Below are positions 1 through 13,896 of a stretch of DNA of 64,000 nucleotides, piece after piece. Both the position numbers and the translations under genes were made by a program. This DNA comes from Raillietiella orientalis. Taxonomy: Eukaryota. The number at the start of each line of letters is the position of its first letter. Position 1 is the first letter of the stretch. Below the pieces are notes generated by a model. The model did no database searches and had not been told where the DNA came from. It saw only the letters and a list, made by a program, of their open reading frames with translations. The DNA is taken from the NCBI GenBank assembly GCA_036172245.1, contig JAYWIR010000019.1, forward strand, positions 3,038,001-3,102,000, in the 5' to 3' direction.

Positions 1-1520
1 CAGCAACCACTTATTTTAGATGGTGACCTCCAACGCTTCCAGTTTCAGAAAGCGCGGAGGTGGTGTCCTGGATAACACCCGCTTCCCCTGGCACTATTGG
101 GAGCACGGAAGGCAGCTCGCGAGGACGTCGTCTGATCATGGGACCTTGGATTCCATTGAACGGCAATGTTTCCGGAGGAGCCGGAGATTCCGAGGACGTG
201 CCCGAGTCGGTGTCCTCCAGGATCCCGAACAGCCGGGACATCTGCTGGCTTGAGGAAGGAGACCTTCTGTTTCGTACGAAATCCCTACCCTGCAACATAG
301 GGCTACTGGATGCTCCCTTGAAAGCCTTAGACCTCCGTGTCAGCTGTTGCTCTGCCCCCCTCGTGGGAATTTGTTTCTTCGTCTCCCTGGTAACCGGACA
401 ACCCACCGAAGTCTTGGGATCCTTAGAAACAGAGGAAGAATCATCTGATGATTCGCGTGTGAAGACAACCCGATTTCGAGGTCGAGGCATCTCCTGCTGC
501 CCAAGGAACTTAAATGCCTGGCGGAAGGAGGCAGTTGTGCAAACTGCAAACCTGGAAACGCGCCCGGAGGAACTTCGTCCCCTGCGACGTCACCTGAGCC
601 ATCCGATGGAGAATACACTCAAACAACTTCATCAACCTTATTCCATTCATCTCCATCTTAATCCCGTCTAAATGCCACGCCCCTTATCTCATTTCTGCCT
701 GCTCTAAGGGAAAACAACGATAGAAGCCAACCGGCGGGATGGGAGTCCCTCTGTACCGCTGCAGGAGAGACCAGACTCCTGAGCAGCTGGAACACGAGCA
801 AGCTGATGGATGCCATTGTTTCTCGTTTCCAGGAGAAGGGACCACATTACTGGAGCGAAGTGTTGCCCTCGAAGGACTCGTGTTCCCTCCCCTATGTGTG
901 AACGCTCCGGTGTTCACACATAGGGGAGGATCGCACCGGAGGCGTCGGTGTGGAAACAGCAGCACATTCTACTGTGAAAACAGAATGTACTTCTGTTTTC
1001 ACAGCGACGCCTCCGGTGCAATCAGAGATCCGGCACTCCCCGGAGGAGCCATCCCCGAACTGCTCTAGGTGCGGGACGATCGAATCGTTCTTGCACCTGC
1101 TCCTGGACTGTGGTGTCGTCCACGAACTGCAACGGAAGTGCTTCTGCACCAGGAGGACATTGCCAGAGACTTGCTGAGCAGATTCCTCGAGCGAACCAGA
1201 GTCCCGTCCGGCGCCGTGATGGCAACGTTGTGCTGCATCCTCACCATGTGCTGGAGGATCGGGTGCCGAGAAAGGAGGTCGCGTGCATGGCACTCGCCTA
1301 CATGAGGATGGCACCCAGGTGGCCTCACTTGAAAGAAGTCCAAAAGAGAAGATGGCCAACATCCAGACCCGGTTCTAGAAGGAAGGAACGGCGGAAGCCA
1401 AAGACCCCTGTTGCACCCCAACCCTTTGTTTACTTTTTATTGTCCGACCACTTCCGGACTTTTGGAGTGACAAACCGGCGTGTAGGCGGGCTTCTTTTTT
1501 TGCTCCAGGCAACCTCCTTC
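1..1520 (+). mobile_element. L1/Tx1-like ORF2 3' portion and 3' UTR, degenerate, truncated by the window edge
   Basis: RKRGGGVLD (GG.G..D thumb-like motif) near 50-75 and CCHC CSRCGTIESFLHLLLDC near 1060-1110. The 3' UTR (ttttattgtcc) is shared with copies at about 5.3 kb and 17.1 kb. Confidence 0.65.
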
Positions 1521-2779
1521 AACTTAGTCTTCTCGTATTCGATTTTGAGGCACGCTCCCTTCCACAGGAGATTCTCCATCCTGGGGAAGCTCAATTTTCA
1601 GACATCTCCAAGTGATTCTTTCAATCCACACAAAAGGTATCGCGTAGGGAGAATCTGTAGGGATTCCACTCCTTTCTCAAAAGGTGACCAGAGACACAAA
1701 ACAAAGGGATGGTGGAAAGACACTCCAAAGTCTTTTCTCCAGGTACGACGTTGCTTTCTTTCATGTTCGTGTGCTCTAATTGTTCTTTATTAGATCTATT
1801 AGACGATTCGAACAGGAGAGACCGAGAAAATACGCAAACGGTGGGCGCTCCTCAGTCAAAAAAGATGTTTAGTGTTGAAACTGTCTCTCACCAGGTCGCA
1901 TCTGTCACTTGTTTGTTCATTCTGCTTGTACCAGAAGCTTTCCTCATGTGCTCTAAGGAACGAGGCCGCTTTCCTTACGCTGAGAAAATGCAGCCGCTGT
2001 TGCCGGGGAATTCGTTAATCGTTAAAGATGCTAGAGCTGGGAGAAGCCATACTCCACCGTAGTTTTAATTCCGGGGGAACATGACCTGATAAAAATTGCA
2101 CGAGGATGTGAATTTAATCCCGCCTTCCTATATTCATCTCCTGCCTCCACAAAAAAAGCTCAAATTATTATTCCCAGATAGTAGCTGAATTGTATAATGG
2201 AAGTCATTTCTGTCATCGGTGGAAAAAATGGTTCTCTTTCTTACCATCTGAAAAGAAATACTTTTGTTTTGTCAGCATCCGCGAGCAGTTAAACCATCAA
2301 TAAGTCCTTTAACTTTTTTGTGCCTCCTTATTTATGGTGTTCACAGCTTTCTCCCCAAAAAGAAGCAATGGAAAGAGAGTAGCGCTGTCGATTTGCTTTT
2401 CCAAAGGGATTCCGAATAGCTACATGGAAATTAAATATCTCGAACGATCTAGGCAATACTGCCAGCATCACTCCGACTAGAGAGAGTATCCGTAATGCGA
2501 AGTCTTGTTATTTTTACACTTAGCTACTTCAAACTATCTTCATGAAATAATCATGCGAGGCGTCGCGTTTCCTTGGTGGAGAGAATGCCTCCAGGACAGT
2601 TCCACCTACAGATAACTAACTACACGCACACGTGTTCTTTGTTTGCATGCTGAGTTCAAACTGCAGTCATCTCTTTGGTGCAGCGGAGCATGGCTCCGAA
2701 GACAGGAGACGTTCACGAACGAGGCTCGTGATGAATGCACACCGAGCATAGAAGGACGCGTTCAGCTGGAAGACCCGCG

Positions 2780-4000
2780 AATTATGGAAGGACGTGTTCC
2801 TTCATGAAAGACCTTCAGACATCGACCTTTACCTCGTCAGGAATGGAGTTATTACCCCTTTTTCCGCCCTTACGAGTGGCGCTTTTCCCTTGCCCTAAAC
2901 AAGATAGAAGTCGAGTGAAACCAACTCAAGACTGGGTGTTGGATGGACTCGCAATTTAGAGCACCTCCGCAGTAGCTCCTCTTGTCCGCAAAGTGTCGTG
3001 AGAGGAGACCATCCCCGAATATCGCGGATGGTCTTCTCAATCCTGTCGCTGACTCCGAGCTGCCTCGATACTTTTGGATGATTGGATCATCTTGCTGCAC
3101 CCTGTCCAGTGTTACGGCCGTGGTTGCCCGGTAACCCCGAATTCCAGGTTGGTTTTACCGTCGTGATTTTAGCTCGCGTCCAGCTGCGCTGCGAGATCGA
3201 GAGGACAGCTTCTTTCTGCTATTTATGGGTGTTATGGCAAGCCTGTAAGAAGTGGTGGTTGCGTGTCAGTGCATCCGACATCACAAAGAGGTCATAGGTC
3301 TCCCCTAGAGTGGCAACAGAAGATCCGGAGAAGATGAGGAATCCTTTCAGAGCATCTAGCAGCCGGACCCACGGCTGAAGTGCAAGACATTCGCGCCTCA
3401 CAGGACGCCTCTGAATGTTCCATCAAAGAGGCGTCCCGTGCTGCGCGAACATCAAACACTGGACGGCAGAACTTCCGGAATGCAGAGAATCTGAAACCAC
3501 TCCCACCCAAACGCTTCGCTTTAACCGGAAAGGATTCAAGCAAGTGACTCGAACTTGCAGGACCGAACGGAGGAAGAAGTCCTGAACGGGGTCTTTGAGG
3601 TCAGTGCAATGCGTCCGTCTATAACTTGATCGTCAGGATCACCAAAGTCTTCTTCACTAAGTATTTTGTGCACGGGAGTCATCCAGCTCGGGGAGATAAT
3701 GGACCAGCCTTCGAAAAAAGACAGCATTGCTCCAACGCGCGATATGAATCCGCCAATGCCAGGACTTTCCCTGCGAACCTAGGGCTGCACTACAAACAGG
3801 ATTTGGGAGGTGCCGCAGCCCATTGTCCTTTCGGGAGACCCACGGACAGTGTTAGCAGCTCAATGACCGTCCTAGGGAAGCATTCGCACGAAATGCCGTG
3901 TGTTGCAGAAGATGAGGAAGCGCTGGCGGCAAACGAGCCGCCGCACTGCGAGTTCGAATCGGGGAAAAACAGGGACAATCTGAGTCTCGACTAGGCGTTG
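2780..4000 (-). mobile_element. L1/Tx1-like ORF2 relic (post-RT region)
   Basis: KAKRLGGSGF, and SAIFGDGLLSRH resembling SALGFDDILSTH of the 7.3 kb copy. Many stops. Confidence 0.45.
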
Positions 4001-4134
4001 TCCCTTTGCTCGGGAAAGAGAGCGAAGGAAGGCTCTAAGCGTTTCCATGCAGGCGGTGCAGTGCCCCTAACTAAGTGAACTAACTAAATAGCAAGCTAGT
4101 AGGTGCATTTGACAAATTTGGCGCTCGTGAAGAC

Positions 4135-4254
<120 letters not shown>

Positions 4255-5169
4255 TATTTTTGATAGATTCTTTTACAGATATGAATATTCTTGGACTTTC
4301 CTTCCTTTCCTATTCTCTACGAGTTCGTAGTGCATTGGAAATCTGATATGTTTCTGGCATAAGAATGGCTCCAAATATCGGAATGGAATGAAACATCGGG
4401 GAAGACCTCAAGGAACTTTGCTCTGGAGAAGGTCCAAGTTCTTGGGTCGCTTGACTGTTTGGGCACCACCAAAAAGTAAACAAACAAATCAGTTCTCGGT
4501 TTACAAGCATTTTTCAATAGTTTTTTGACGGCATTTATTTCTCTTGTGCATCGTTCGAATAATGCATAAGCAATTTGGAGAGATACAGGTCAAAAGAGAT
4601 GACCACAACAGCACCCAAAAAATTTTGGATAGTCTCAAAGAAGCACAAGAAACTTGGACTACATCGGTCGTAAATACAGTCATTAGTAATATAGGTATCA
4701 GTTAAGCAGCCATTAATATGAGCACATGTAGGTGTTCCGCCCAATACCATGGTGAGGTGCTGCTCAGCTGAGTTGGAAATTTCATGAGCAAACTCAATTT
4801 GAGAGTTAGATTCAGTTTATTTAATTGAAAAAGTGCCTAATTGATTCCGATGTCGGATGAAGTCATAGCGATTCTGCTTCCGTTTTACGAGCTCATGAAT
4901 TTTGATGTGGATTTTTTCCCCTATTCAGCAGAAGTGGCTGCAGTGCTTTTCTGACCACGCTCTCTTGTGGATTCCTTTCTCCACATGAGAGAGAGATCTC
5001 CATCCAGAAACCAGAACGAATTTCCGAGCAGAATCCAATGCCCAACAGCAGTGCGAAACGTGTTATTATAATGGTACGCATCCTATGAGAGAAGAGCATG
5101 ATCCCTACTGACTCCATGATCCCGTACCAACCATTCTCGCAACAGTTTTTCATTCGGCAACTCCAGGGC

Positions 5170-5700
5170 GTTCACTTTATGAAAATAAACAAACAGGAGT
5201 TGGGAGCGCAGTTCCCGAAACAACAACAGCGCCGACAAAGCAGTTCGTGGGGAGGGTTCACCGACACGCAGGTTGTTTGCCGGGAAGCGGAAGGGAAAGG
5301 GACAATAAATAAAGAAATAAAGGGAGGGCTAGGACAGGGGTCTCTGATTTGAGTCGCTTCTTCCTCGCTCAGTAGCGGCGCACAGTGCAGGCGATTTCCG
5401 ACTGGACTTCCTCCAGCAGGCGAGGCCATTCCGTCGCAGCCGCGCCCTCCCAGGTGGCTGCCATGCGGATGACCTCTTTTCGCCGCGCCCGAAACTCCAG
5501 CAAATGGCGGGCCGTTACGGTGGCGCGGAGGCAATCGCGGAGCCTGTGGTGACTCAGCCTCTGCTGAAGAAGCGTTGCAGAAAGTCCTCGGCAGCGTCCA
5601 CGGTTGTCAGGAGTGTGCTGAGGCCAGACATCCAGGAGGGCACCGCGGTCCGGTAATAGTAGGTCGAACAGTAGCCAGAGAACGAGGAGTATGAAAATTC
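5170..5700 (-). mobile_element. L1/Tx1-like 3' end (end of ORF2 plus 3' UTR)
   Basis: Plus-strand cgggaagcggaagggaaagggacaataaataaag (about 5281-5314) resembles agggaacggagaggggaacaataaatgaat (about 17060-17090), which lies in the 3' UTR of the nested fragment. Confidence 0.5.
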
Positions 5701-6559
5701 CAGGTGAATGACCACGTTCTAAAAATAGCATGCTCTGACATAGTGGATGTAATGCATGAGTGGCAGTTATCGGATTCACACTGGCAAATTGCTCAAGTGG
5801 AACACCATTTCATTTGCATGAATATCATTCAAGTCATCATCATTTCGAACATTCATTAATGTACTCATAATTGCATCGTTATTGTCGCTTGTTGTTCCAT
5901 CGTGATTTCTTTTTTTTCTTTTCAATGTTTTGAGCTTGCATTTCGTTTTTCCAAAAGTCGCCTTGAAGACGCCTTTGCTCTCCGTATTTGAACTATCCAA
6001 AGATCATGAACTTGCTCAAAGTGTGCATTTCGTGCGCACTTATTTATGGGAACATGCCATTCGATTGTACCAAAATCAACGATGAATGATTTGGAGGGAA
6101 TTTTTTTTTTTTTTAAATAGTGGATGCACCAACTGCAAATTAGCATGTGATGTGGTGGTCTCTAATAGAGTTGAAGTTCTAATTTGATTACAATCTCCAT
6201 ATTCGGGGTATCATCTGGAAAAAATTCGTGATGGAGAAGATTGATGAACCTTGTCTCTTACTACTGAAAAGCTGGAATTATTTAGGAAATGGAATCATGG
6301 ATTCAGGGCATGAATTAGGTCACCATGACTACGTCTTCAAGAATTATGCCATTATTGATGGTGATCATTGATTGTGATCATCACGAATAGTTCATGTCAG
6401 GAGTTTCGTGGAGCAGATTTCCTAGACAGTCATCTCAAGAAAGAGGGAATCATTAATTTGCTGCAGAGCAAAAACATGTAGTCATGGAGATCTGCAAAAG
6501 TTTCTGCCAAGAAAGGTTTCATTCAAGACTGGAGCAGTACATTTGCAGACTCCGAAGCT

Positions 6560-8000
6560 GTTTGCGCGCTATTTAGTCAGTCTCCATAATTCGGGCACAG
6601 CGGTACCCCACTTCGAGGAATGCCGGAGTTCCTGCTGAAATGCCATCTTCGCTGGTATTTCGAGGAAGAAGGCCCTCTGGGGTCATCTTTGTCCCTTCAT
6701 CCACTTCAGAGTTCCAGAAACTTTGCGTGCTCTATCAGGAAAGAGCCGTGCAAAATCGGTTTCCGACGAGGGGTAGCAGATGCCGAGTACAACGCTCAGC
6801 ATCCGGTAAATTCTCGTGCCAACACCCTTACGCATCTTTCAGAAGGAGCAGGTTCGCTAGAGGAACAGCCAGGAGCTTCCAATCAGCGTGACCTCAGCAG
6901 ACTCTCAAGTTGAGTTCCATAGCGAGAAAGAGTTCTGGATGGACTGGTGCTTGACAACTCGAAGTCATGGTCACGGTCAGCCACCCGGTTTCCAGGAGGC
7001 TGCTACCCTAGATGAGGGAAAACGGGTTTCAAAGAACTGCTTCCCTATTGGTCAAAGAAGTTCGATCCTCGGGTTCAGCCAAGTTTCCAGAAACCTCGCT
7101 GACGCGAGAAAATAAGAACTCTCGAGAGATGAGAACCTGAAACTCTCTCTTTGGGAGCGCAAACACTCACAAGTTTCAGGAGGGCTTGAAATTTGGTGGT
7201 GCCGAAAGTGGGGAGATGGGGAAGAAAAGGGAAGGATGAGCGAAGAGAGCAGCATTCTTCCCTGCTCTCTTTGCTTACCTTTTCCCTCTATCGATTTCTG
7301 ATGATCCCGGATGGAAGGATCTTCGGAAGTGCTCTTGGGTTTGATGACATCCTGTCCACGCATCCTGCACCTTTTAGGCAGGCTCTCATTAGCTGCCATG
7401 GACGAGGCAAACACGATGCACTCGGTACTCTTCGTAGAGCCATCCGAATGAACAGGCTTTTCCCCGAAAGGATGCAGCTGTGGGAGGCACAGGTGCCACT
7501 TGGTGGCAACTACGACTATGCTTTTTGAGTGAACCCTCGGAGTAGAGCTCCATCCATCGAAAGGATGAAGCGATAACCACACATATCAAGCGTCACGAGT
7601 GCCAGAAGGAACGTTGTGACGCTGCGAGAAAACGGTGTCCATGATCATTCCTTCTGGCATCCATAACGACAGAGGGCGGAAGGGAACCTCAGAGAGTGGT
7701 CCCGGGTTGCGGAAACGTGGCTTGTTACTCTGCTTCTTTCGCATTGAATGAAAAGGCGTTCGTGTAGAAGACGGGAGGTGTTGAACCCTTTCGAGCTCTT
7801 TCGTGTCCTCAAAGAATGGATGCAAGGTGAAAAGGGATTCGATCTCGGGAAGAATCGCGTCAGATGCCGTGTTCGAGATGGGACTCCAGAACCAAATCGA
7901 TGCTCCCCTTGTATTCCCAGATTCAAACAATTGGTCTCGGAGAGTTCTTGTGCGAAGTCCTTGATGTTCCTAAATTCTGTTGATAAGGAGTCAGCGACTC
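6560..8000 (+). mobile_element. L1/Tx1-like ORF2 relic (thumb to CCHC region)
   Basis: Colinear similarity to the 1-1520 copy: GLVLDNSKSW vs GGVLDNTRFPW, FRQALISC vs FRGRGISC, GTPEPNRCSPC vs EEPSPNCSRC. Confidence 0.5.
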
Positions 8001-9729
8001 CATCAGGAAAACAACAACAAAAAATCCCTGTATCCCTGGATGCCGGAAATTCTCTTTTCGATCGCGCTGCCACGAACCAAAGGAAGGTCATAGGTAGTTA
8101 ATACTTATTAATAAACCGTTATTATCAGGTCACCTCCTTTGTGTTTGAGGTGAACGGTCCTTGACCTGGATCGGTTGAAGTGAACAGCAAATGGTGGGGA
8201 TGTAATGCACTGTTGTCTACCACTACAAGACCACTCTCTTGACACTTCATTGTGCAACTGCTGCTCCAAAAAGATGGGAGATTCAGTTATCAGGTAGTGT
8301 TTGCAGTTTTCCCTTTGCATGTTTTGCTTCATTTTTGAGAAAAGCTTCCTGTAATCACAATCATCGTAGGGAAAGCCTACTCTCAGTACACATTTCAAGC
8401 AAAAGCACACGTACGCTCCCATTCTTTAGGCAGTTGCTATTTTATTTTATTTTTTTTCTCACGGGCATTTCACGAAATTGTTAATTAGCTCTGAAACGAG
8501 TTGCCTCCTGATTTCCAGCATGTCCTTTTCCTTTTCACAGGTTGTTACTTATTATTCCTGGCTGTGATCTCATCGGCGAAAAGATAGTGACTTCCGTTCT
8601 GCGTGTCTTACCAACCGCAGATCTCCTCGCAAACTCCCTACGCGATTACCTTGCACAAACCTCCTTACGATGCGACTTCCCATAATCCAGACATCGAAGT
8701 TTCACTCCGTACATGCAAATAGGGTTTTCCGAGGATCAAGGAAGATCTGCAGTCACCGGAGTCTGCATCAGAGAGGCGTGTTCCGCCGCTAGAGTCTGGA
8801 TAAACATTCAGATCAAAAGAGGCTCTTTCCATAGTCTGATATGGAAACGGTTCTTGCGGGTGGCGTGCTGGAGGAGAGGTCTTCAAGGTGGACGAAAGAA
8901 ACGATTGCTCCCATGACACAGATCTCCAGTAGCTACGTGCTATTCACCGGTTCAGGATAAAGCTCGACCAGTGCTGCTGCTGCAATCTAGAATGCATGTT
9001 GTGTTGCTACCAGAATGAGATGAGGTGTATGTGTAGGTGTGTGAGGACAATGTAGCCCATGAGGTTATCCATCGTTGACGTTATATAAAAGGAGTTTGTG
9101 GTTGGGATTATGGAGCGGATTTTATGCAATCCCATAATTTATGGAGGGGGGGTCATGTGAATTATGGTGTGTTTTGGTGGGAATCAGTGGGCTATCTTGT
9201 ACTACACTGAACCATGGCAACAGTTTACTCTTTCCCAACGTCAAGCAAGCAAAAATAGATATAAAATACAAGAATCGAATTTTTTTTTTTTACTATATCT
9301 AAGATTCACGCAGACCAACTGGTATTATAAACGTCACAGGATGTTTGCCAAATATAATATTGCACTTATTACTTGGGAGAATCATTGTCCAATAAACCAC
9401 ACAATATGATTTTTCGTTTGCGTGTCCCTTTTGCTTTTATGTTTACAAAAGAAAAGTGCTGAACAAAACTGAGAGTAAATCATGACGTGGCAATTGTTAA
9501 ACTCGGATATCATTCTTTTTGTCCTCAAATTTGTATTTCAGCAAGCCATCTGAGTACAGAATTCATTGCTGAGATGCAAATTTTCCCCGTTTCGACCAAT
9601 TTCCCCTCTCTACTGCCTGCTCATCCTCATTCCTTCGAATTTTCTGTAATACTTGAAGTGTGCCAAGGATAAACGTCAGAAACATACGTGCCTCCTCCTC
9701 TTGTGATTTTGAAATTGAATTTCAGCTAC

Positions 9730-9960
9730 AACCTCCGCCGCTACTCCAATCTTCAGCATCGTGAGGAAGACTGCACCAAGAGATCTAATGAACCACGCCA
9801 ACGCGATGCCGAGGTTCGGGAAGAAGACCGCGTTGAGTGAGAACTATGGAAGAGCTGCAGCGCCTGGTAGTCCTGAACTGATGAACTCTCTGCAGGCACA
9901 CATAAAAGTAGAGTTCCTCCGATGGTAAGGTGATGAGAGCTCGTAGCATCCCGAGTTTGA
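9730..9960 (+). mobile_element. Possible Tc1/mariner transposase C-terminal relic
   Basis: Across frameshifts, EDCTKRS (WP..SPD-like), RTMEELQRLVVLN* (T..EL...L...W-like) and PMVR**ELVASR (SM.RR..VI-like) occur in the right order. An alternative exon reading is given in findings. Confidence 0.4.
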
Positions 9961-10419
9961 ATTCTAGAAAAAGATGAGTCATCGGAGCATCGGAACACAG
10001 TCTCAGAGCTTGAAGGAGAAGAGGTAACTGATAGCATTTTATTGTGCATCCTTCAGATCTAACTGAAGCAATCCCTGCTTTACTATCCTCTATTAGTGAT
10101 CAACAGACATTTGCGAGACTTAGCGTATTTATAGTGATAAGGTATGGTGTATAGGAGCATGAGCTTCATCATCTGTGATTCAGTCATTTCAGGAGAGAGT
10201 TTTGCTGCTAGACTGATGCATATCATTGAAGAATGAGCTGCAATGACTGTTTATTCTTCATTGGGAACCTATGGGGGAGCAACACACGAAAAAAATCCTT
10301 CGTGATGTGGTAAAATGAAAAAAAAGCTTAAAGTTTTTCATTTAATAAGAGCAGCTCAGGAAGGAAGACCATGCATGCATGTTTCAAACGGATCAACACT
10401 TCTGGAACGGATGAAGATG

Positions 10420-10830
10420 TCTCTAGGAACGCTGGGGGCCGTTGTTTTCAGCAATAGCTCCCACAGCAAAGCATAATTCTCCACCGCTCCTGGCACTCAT
10501 AGTAATGATGAACCACGTCGCAAGGAACCAAAGAGAGGTCAGGCAGGAAGCCAGCGTCCTTGCCTGATGGCAAGTCGAGTCGATGTCCGCGCGAAAATAA
10601 TAGAAGAAAATCCTCCGAGAACTTGACAAAGTTTGCGCTCGTTAGGTAGGAGCACCAGACTTTGCAACAATCTTCCAGAGAGGAAAAAAAGGATTCCCCT
10701 CCCCCATAATTGTGGTTTCCGAGTGGAAAAATCGGAGTGGAATTTTATCTTCCTTCGGATGACTTTCGTCTCATTATCTTTCGATACAGGGCGACTACCG
10801 CTCATTGGTACTCTTTCGTTACGGCCATGA
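10420..10830 (-). mobile_element. L1/Tx1-like ORF2 relic (thumb region)
   Basis: LAIRQGR followed by LTSLWFLA matches the LS..GR...SKLW.LA thumb motif. It recurs as RLWFFA at about 40360. Confidence 0.45.
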
Positions 10831-11049
10831 TAACAACTTTTTTTTTCCTCTGAAAACTCTGGAGCGATCTCGAATCATTCGGAATCGCTGAAGATCACAA
10901 CAATGATAATTATGAGCAGTTACGATCGAGATGATAATCTCTCCCAAGAGATGCACATTTTATTTTGGAACTCATAGATATTCATCTGGAAGGAAGGAGT
11001 AGGAGGAAGAGGAAAGACTTAAGTGGGTTCCCGGATACTCCTCGAAAAA

Positions 11050-12130
11050 CTGAAAGAAATCAAAGAGTAGTCGTCCTTAAGGAACTAGTGAGCCCAACCC
11101 TTCACCTACTAGCGTGCCATTTCCGCAGAGAATTGATAATCGAGGCTTTGCAGCAGGTGTCAGGATTTGCACGGTCTCTGTGGCGGGAACGCTTCTCCCC
11201 GGACGAGGAAGCGTCCAGTGATAAAGTGGACAGTCACTCGTCAGATATTCAGCGGGAGTGGACATATTAGCTGCGCAGAAGCACGCCCAGCTTGCGGCCC
11301 GCAGAGATCCTTGAGCCTGCGTTGGCGGCATTGCGGCTGCGGTCTCCTCCCCGCGTGGCACCAGGCGTCGTGGGTTCGAGTCCCACCGAGGACGAAGGAT
11401 CGACGCCGAGAAATGGGTGCATCGTGGGTTTCGAGTTCCCACACCACTTCTACCGCAGGACGACACGCTACTTGACCTGTTAGCTTCGGGCGCTGCACTG
11501 GTTGACACCCTGTCACTCCGGGGAGTTTCTTTATAGAATAAACATATGTCTGTGGCAGGACGTTTAATCCCGCCACGTTACTTGTTACTACGAGAAGGAA
11601 CCTGCCGGGAACTGGCACTCAGCCCAGCGGGGTTTGCCTCGGCAGCACAGGGGAAGGGGAGACAAGCGAAAAGGAAACAAAGAAAACAGAAAAAAAAGAG
11701 TCAAAAAAATGAAGGGGTTCGAGAAGGGATCACTGTGTGCTGGAGGGAGTCCTCTGCATCCTTGTAAGTATGCCGGCGAGTTCCTGTTTCAAGACTTCCA
11801 GATGAGGCCATCTTGATGCTATCCTCATAAAGAGGACAGCACAATAGATGGCGTCCCTGTCGTTTTGGCCTCCTCTGGAGTTGCTGCTCCATTCAGCCAC
11901 CACGGTCCCGCCACGTGGGCAGCAAAGTGCTACTGGGCGTGCTGCTGTCGTGAGGGCATCGCGCAGGCGCGCAGGAAGAGGCGTTTTAAGACGTCTCTGG
12001 CGTTGCTGCCGGGGTTCCAAGGGTCGCGGCAAAGCGTCTGCGGGCGCTGCACTGGTCGAATCCGGAAACCGGGTGCCCCCGTTGACTGGCCGGCATTGGA
12101 AGTTGGCCCTCTGAAGTCCCTCCAGGAATC
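11050..12130 (-). mobile_element. LINE ORF1-like relic
   Basis: GC-rich segment. RSFVLGG...HAGRRPQPQCRQ resembles the ORF1 I.GG......G.P..C..C region. Weak. Confidence 0.3.
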
Positions 12131-12294
12131 GAGAAGTCGGCTTCCTTCCGGTTGTACAAATGGAGTCGTCCCCTAAGGGGAACCTCCTCCATCTCGTACC
12201 ACGGAGTTGGTGGATTGATACCTCTCCAGAATGTGAGGAAGTTCCCTGCCCCGTTTGGGGCTCTCTTCAGGGGAGAAGACCAGGAGTTTTTCCC

Positions 12295-12384
12295 TCCGGA
12301 GAAAATAAGGAAGAGGTTCCCTTCCGAGAGGAACGGATTCCTTTTTTTTCCGAAGCCTTCCTGGATTCATAGGGTGGTCCCTCC
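12295..12384 (+). repeat. Two-block dispersed repeat, copy 1
   Basis: Block A tccggagaaaataaggaagagg (12295-12316) and block B ttcctggattcatagggtggtccctcc (12358-12384). Confidence 0.85.
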
Positions 12385-12599
12385 GGGGTCCTCCCGGGAA
12401 CCAAGAGGTCGGTGTTCCCTTTGGGATTCTCTTCCGATTGGGAAAATGAAGAACCTTGCCATTCTTTCGTGGAAGAGGTTTCTCAAGTTCCGTTCTTTCT
12501 CTTTCACACGCAAATGAATGAAAACACCGGTTAATTCCAGGGAGACGACTAAATGAATGTATCGCAGCAGACGGATGTTTTTTTTTTTTCTAAAAATAA

Positions 12600-13890
12600 A
12601 GGGTTGAACCTCGCTAAGAACCGCACCTTCATTAAAATAGTATGACTGGAAAAACACAGTGCAGAGAGGAGTGGGAAATAGATTAGGTTTGCTCCGAAGA
12701 ATGTCAGCTGGCCAAAGGTCGCCTCGTTCGTCCGCTTCTCATGCTGCCCGCGGTGACCTCGGGAAGCGGTGAACCAGTGGAAACAAAAGGAGGCGCGAGG
12801 CGGTCTGGTTGCGACGACGACCCTAGACGAGCTCTGAATTCCCATTCAGCACGTGACATCCAAGGGCGGAGGACAACATTGAAAGGAAAATCCCGATGAA
12901 AGGGAAATCCCGATTTGTGGCTGCGGATGCAATGCTTCCCTCTTTTCAAAGAGGGGATGCCTGCTTCCTGTAGTTGCATCCATCTCCGTGGGAGGTCTGG
13001 AGAGGGAGGAAGGAAAGTGATCCTTTCAGTCAGTCCCTCTGATGCAGACGCTCAGAATGCCCACTTGGCTCAGAAGATGAGGGATGGCAGCGAGGGAAAG
13101 AAAAAGCGATTCTGCAAAAACCAGGTTACGAGAAGCAGTCTCATTGGCTGCAAGCAGTGAAGGGCCCTAAGGCAGAGCTGGTTCTGTGAGATGAACCAAA
13201 CGTTGGGTTACAAGCTCATCACATCCCACGGAAGGTGTTGGTTGCTATGGATAGTGAGGCGTCGATCACGGGAGTCGGAATCCACTAAGGAGTGCCGGCA
13301 CCTGCCGAAGCAACCGGCCCATGAAGATGGAGAGTCGAGCCTGCGCTGAACCTCAGGGACAGAGCCGTTCTTGCCTTCCGGCGGCGGTCCCGCGGCGGCG
13401 GAGGATGGCGGGCTCCTCAGGTTCCGGCGAATAGGAGGGTCGCGACAGAAGGATTTGGGCAGCTCGGTAAGAAGCCACTGTCGGCACAGATCTTGGTGGC
13501 GGCGGCAAACGCTCCAGTGAGATCCTTGAGGTCTGGTGTGGAGAAAGGTTCTATGCGAACAGCCTCCGGGCATGGTTCAGTCGATCCTCAGCCCCCACGC
13601 GAAGATCAAGCAGAAGAGTTGCTGTTTCCGAGGGAATCTCCGAGGGTGATGTCTCCCTTCTGGAGCCTCCTGTCCTTTTCCTAGAATCCCAAACAGATGC
13701 CAGCTTTGCGGCGCCTGAACTTCCCTCGGTGACCAGAAGGAACAACAAGCATGGAAGAAAGGGATGCCTTCAACTTGAGGGTCCGGAACAAAATCTAAAA
13801 TGAGATGGGGGTGTTGAAATGAGGGCTTTGAATCGCTGCGAAGCAGATCGACCAGACTGGAGCTGAAAGGAGGCCACGGACGCAACCGCG
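12600..13890 (-). mobile_element. LINE relic: ORF1 zinc-knuckle region followed by APE endonuclease N-terminus
   Basis: GSHWSVC knuckle-like segment near 13520, then LQE (MQLQEAG near 12975) and ANLIYFP (N.Y.P-like) in order. It abuts the 3' end of the Utopia-like element. Confidence 0.35.
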
Positions 13891-13896
13891 GGAACC

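Noticed and set aside
60..1793. Long ORFs 60-671 and 1110-1793 as genes
   Set aside because: They are mosaic or off-frame readings of a decayed LINE; the recognisable motifs are scattered across frames.
8600..8920. DYGK/ASFD as RT motif A
   Set aside because: It is one frameshifted motif only, too weak to list as a feature.
9866..9912. ELMNSLQAHIKV resembling pigment-dispersing hormone ELINSILGLPKV
   Set aside because: It lacks the preceding KR site and the MNDA-G ending, so it is likely coincidence.
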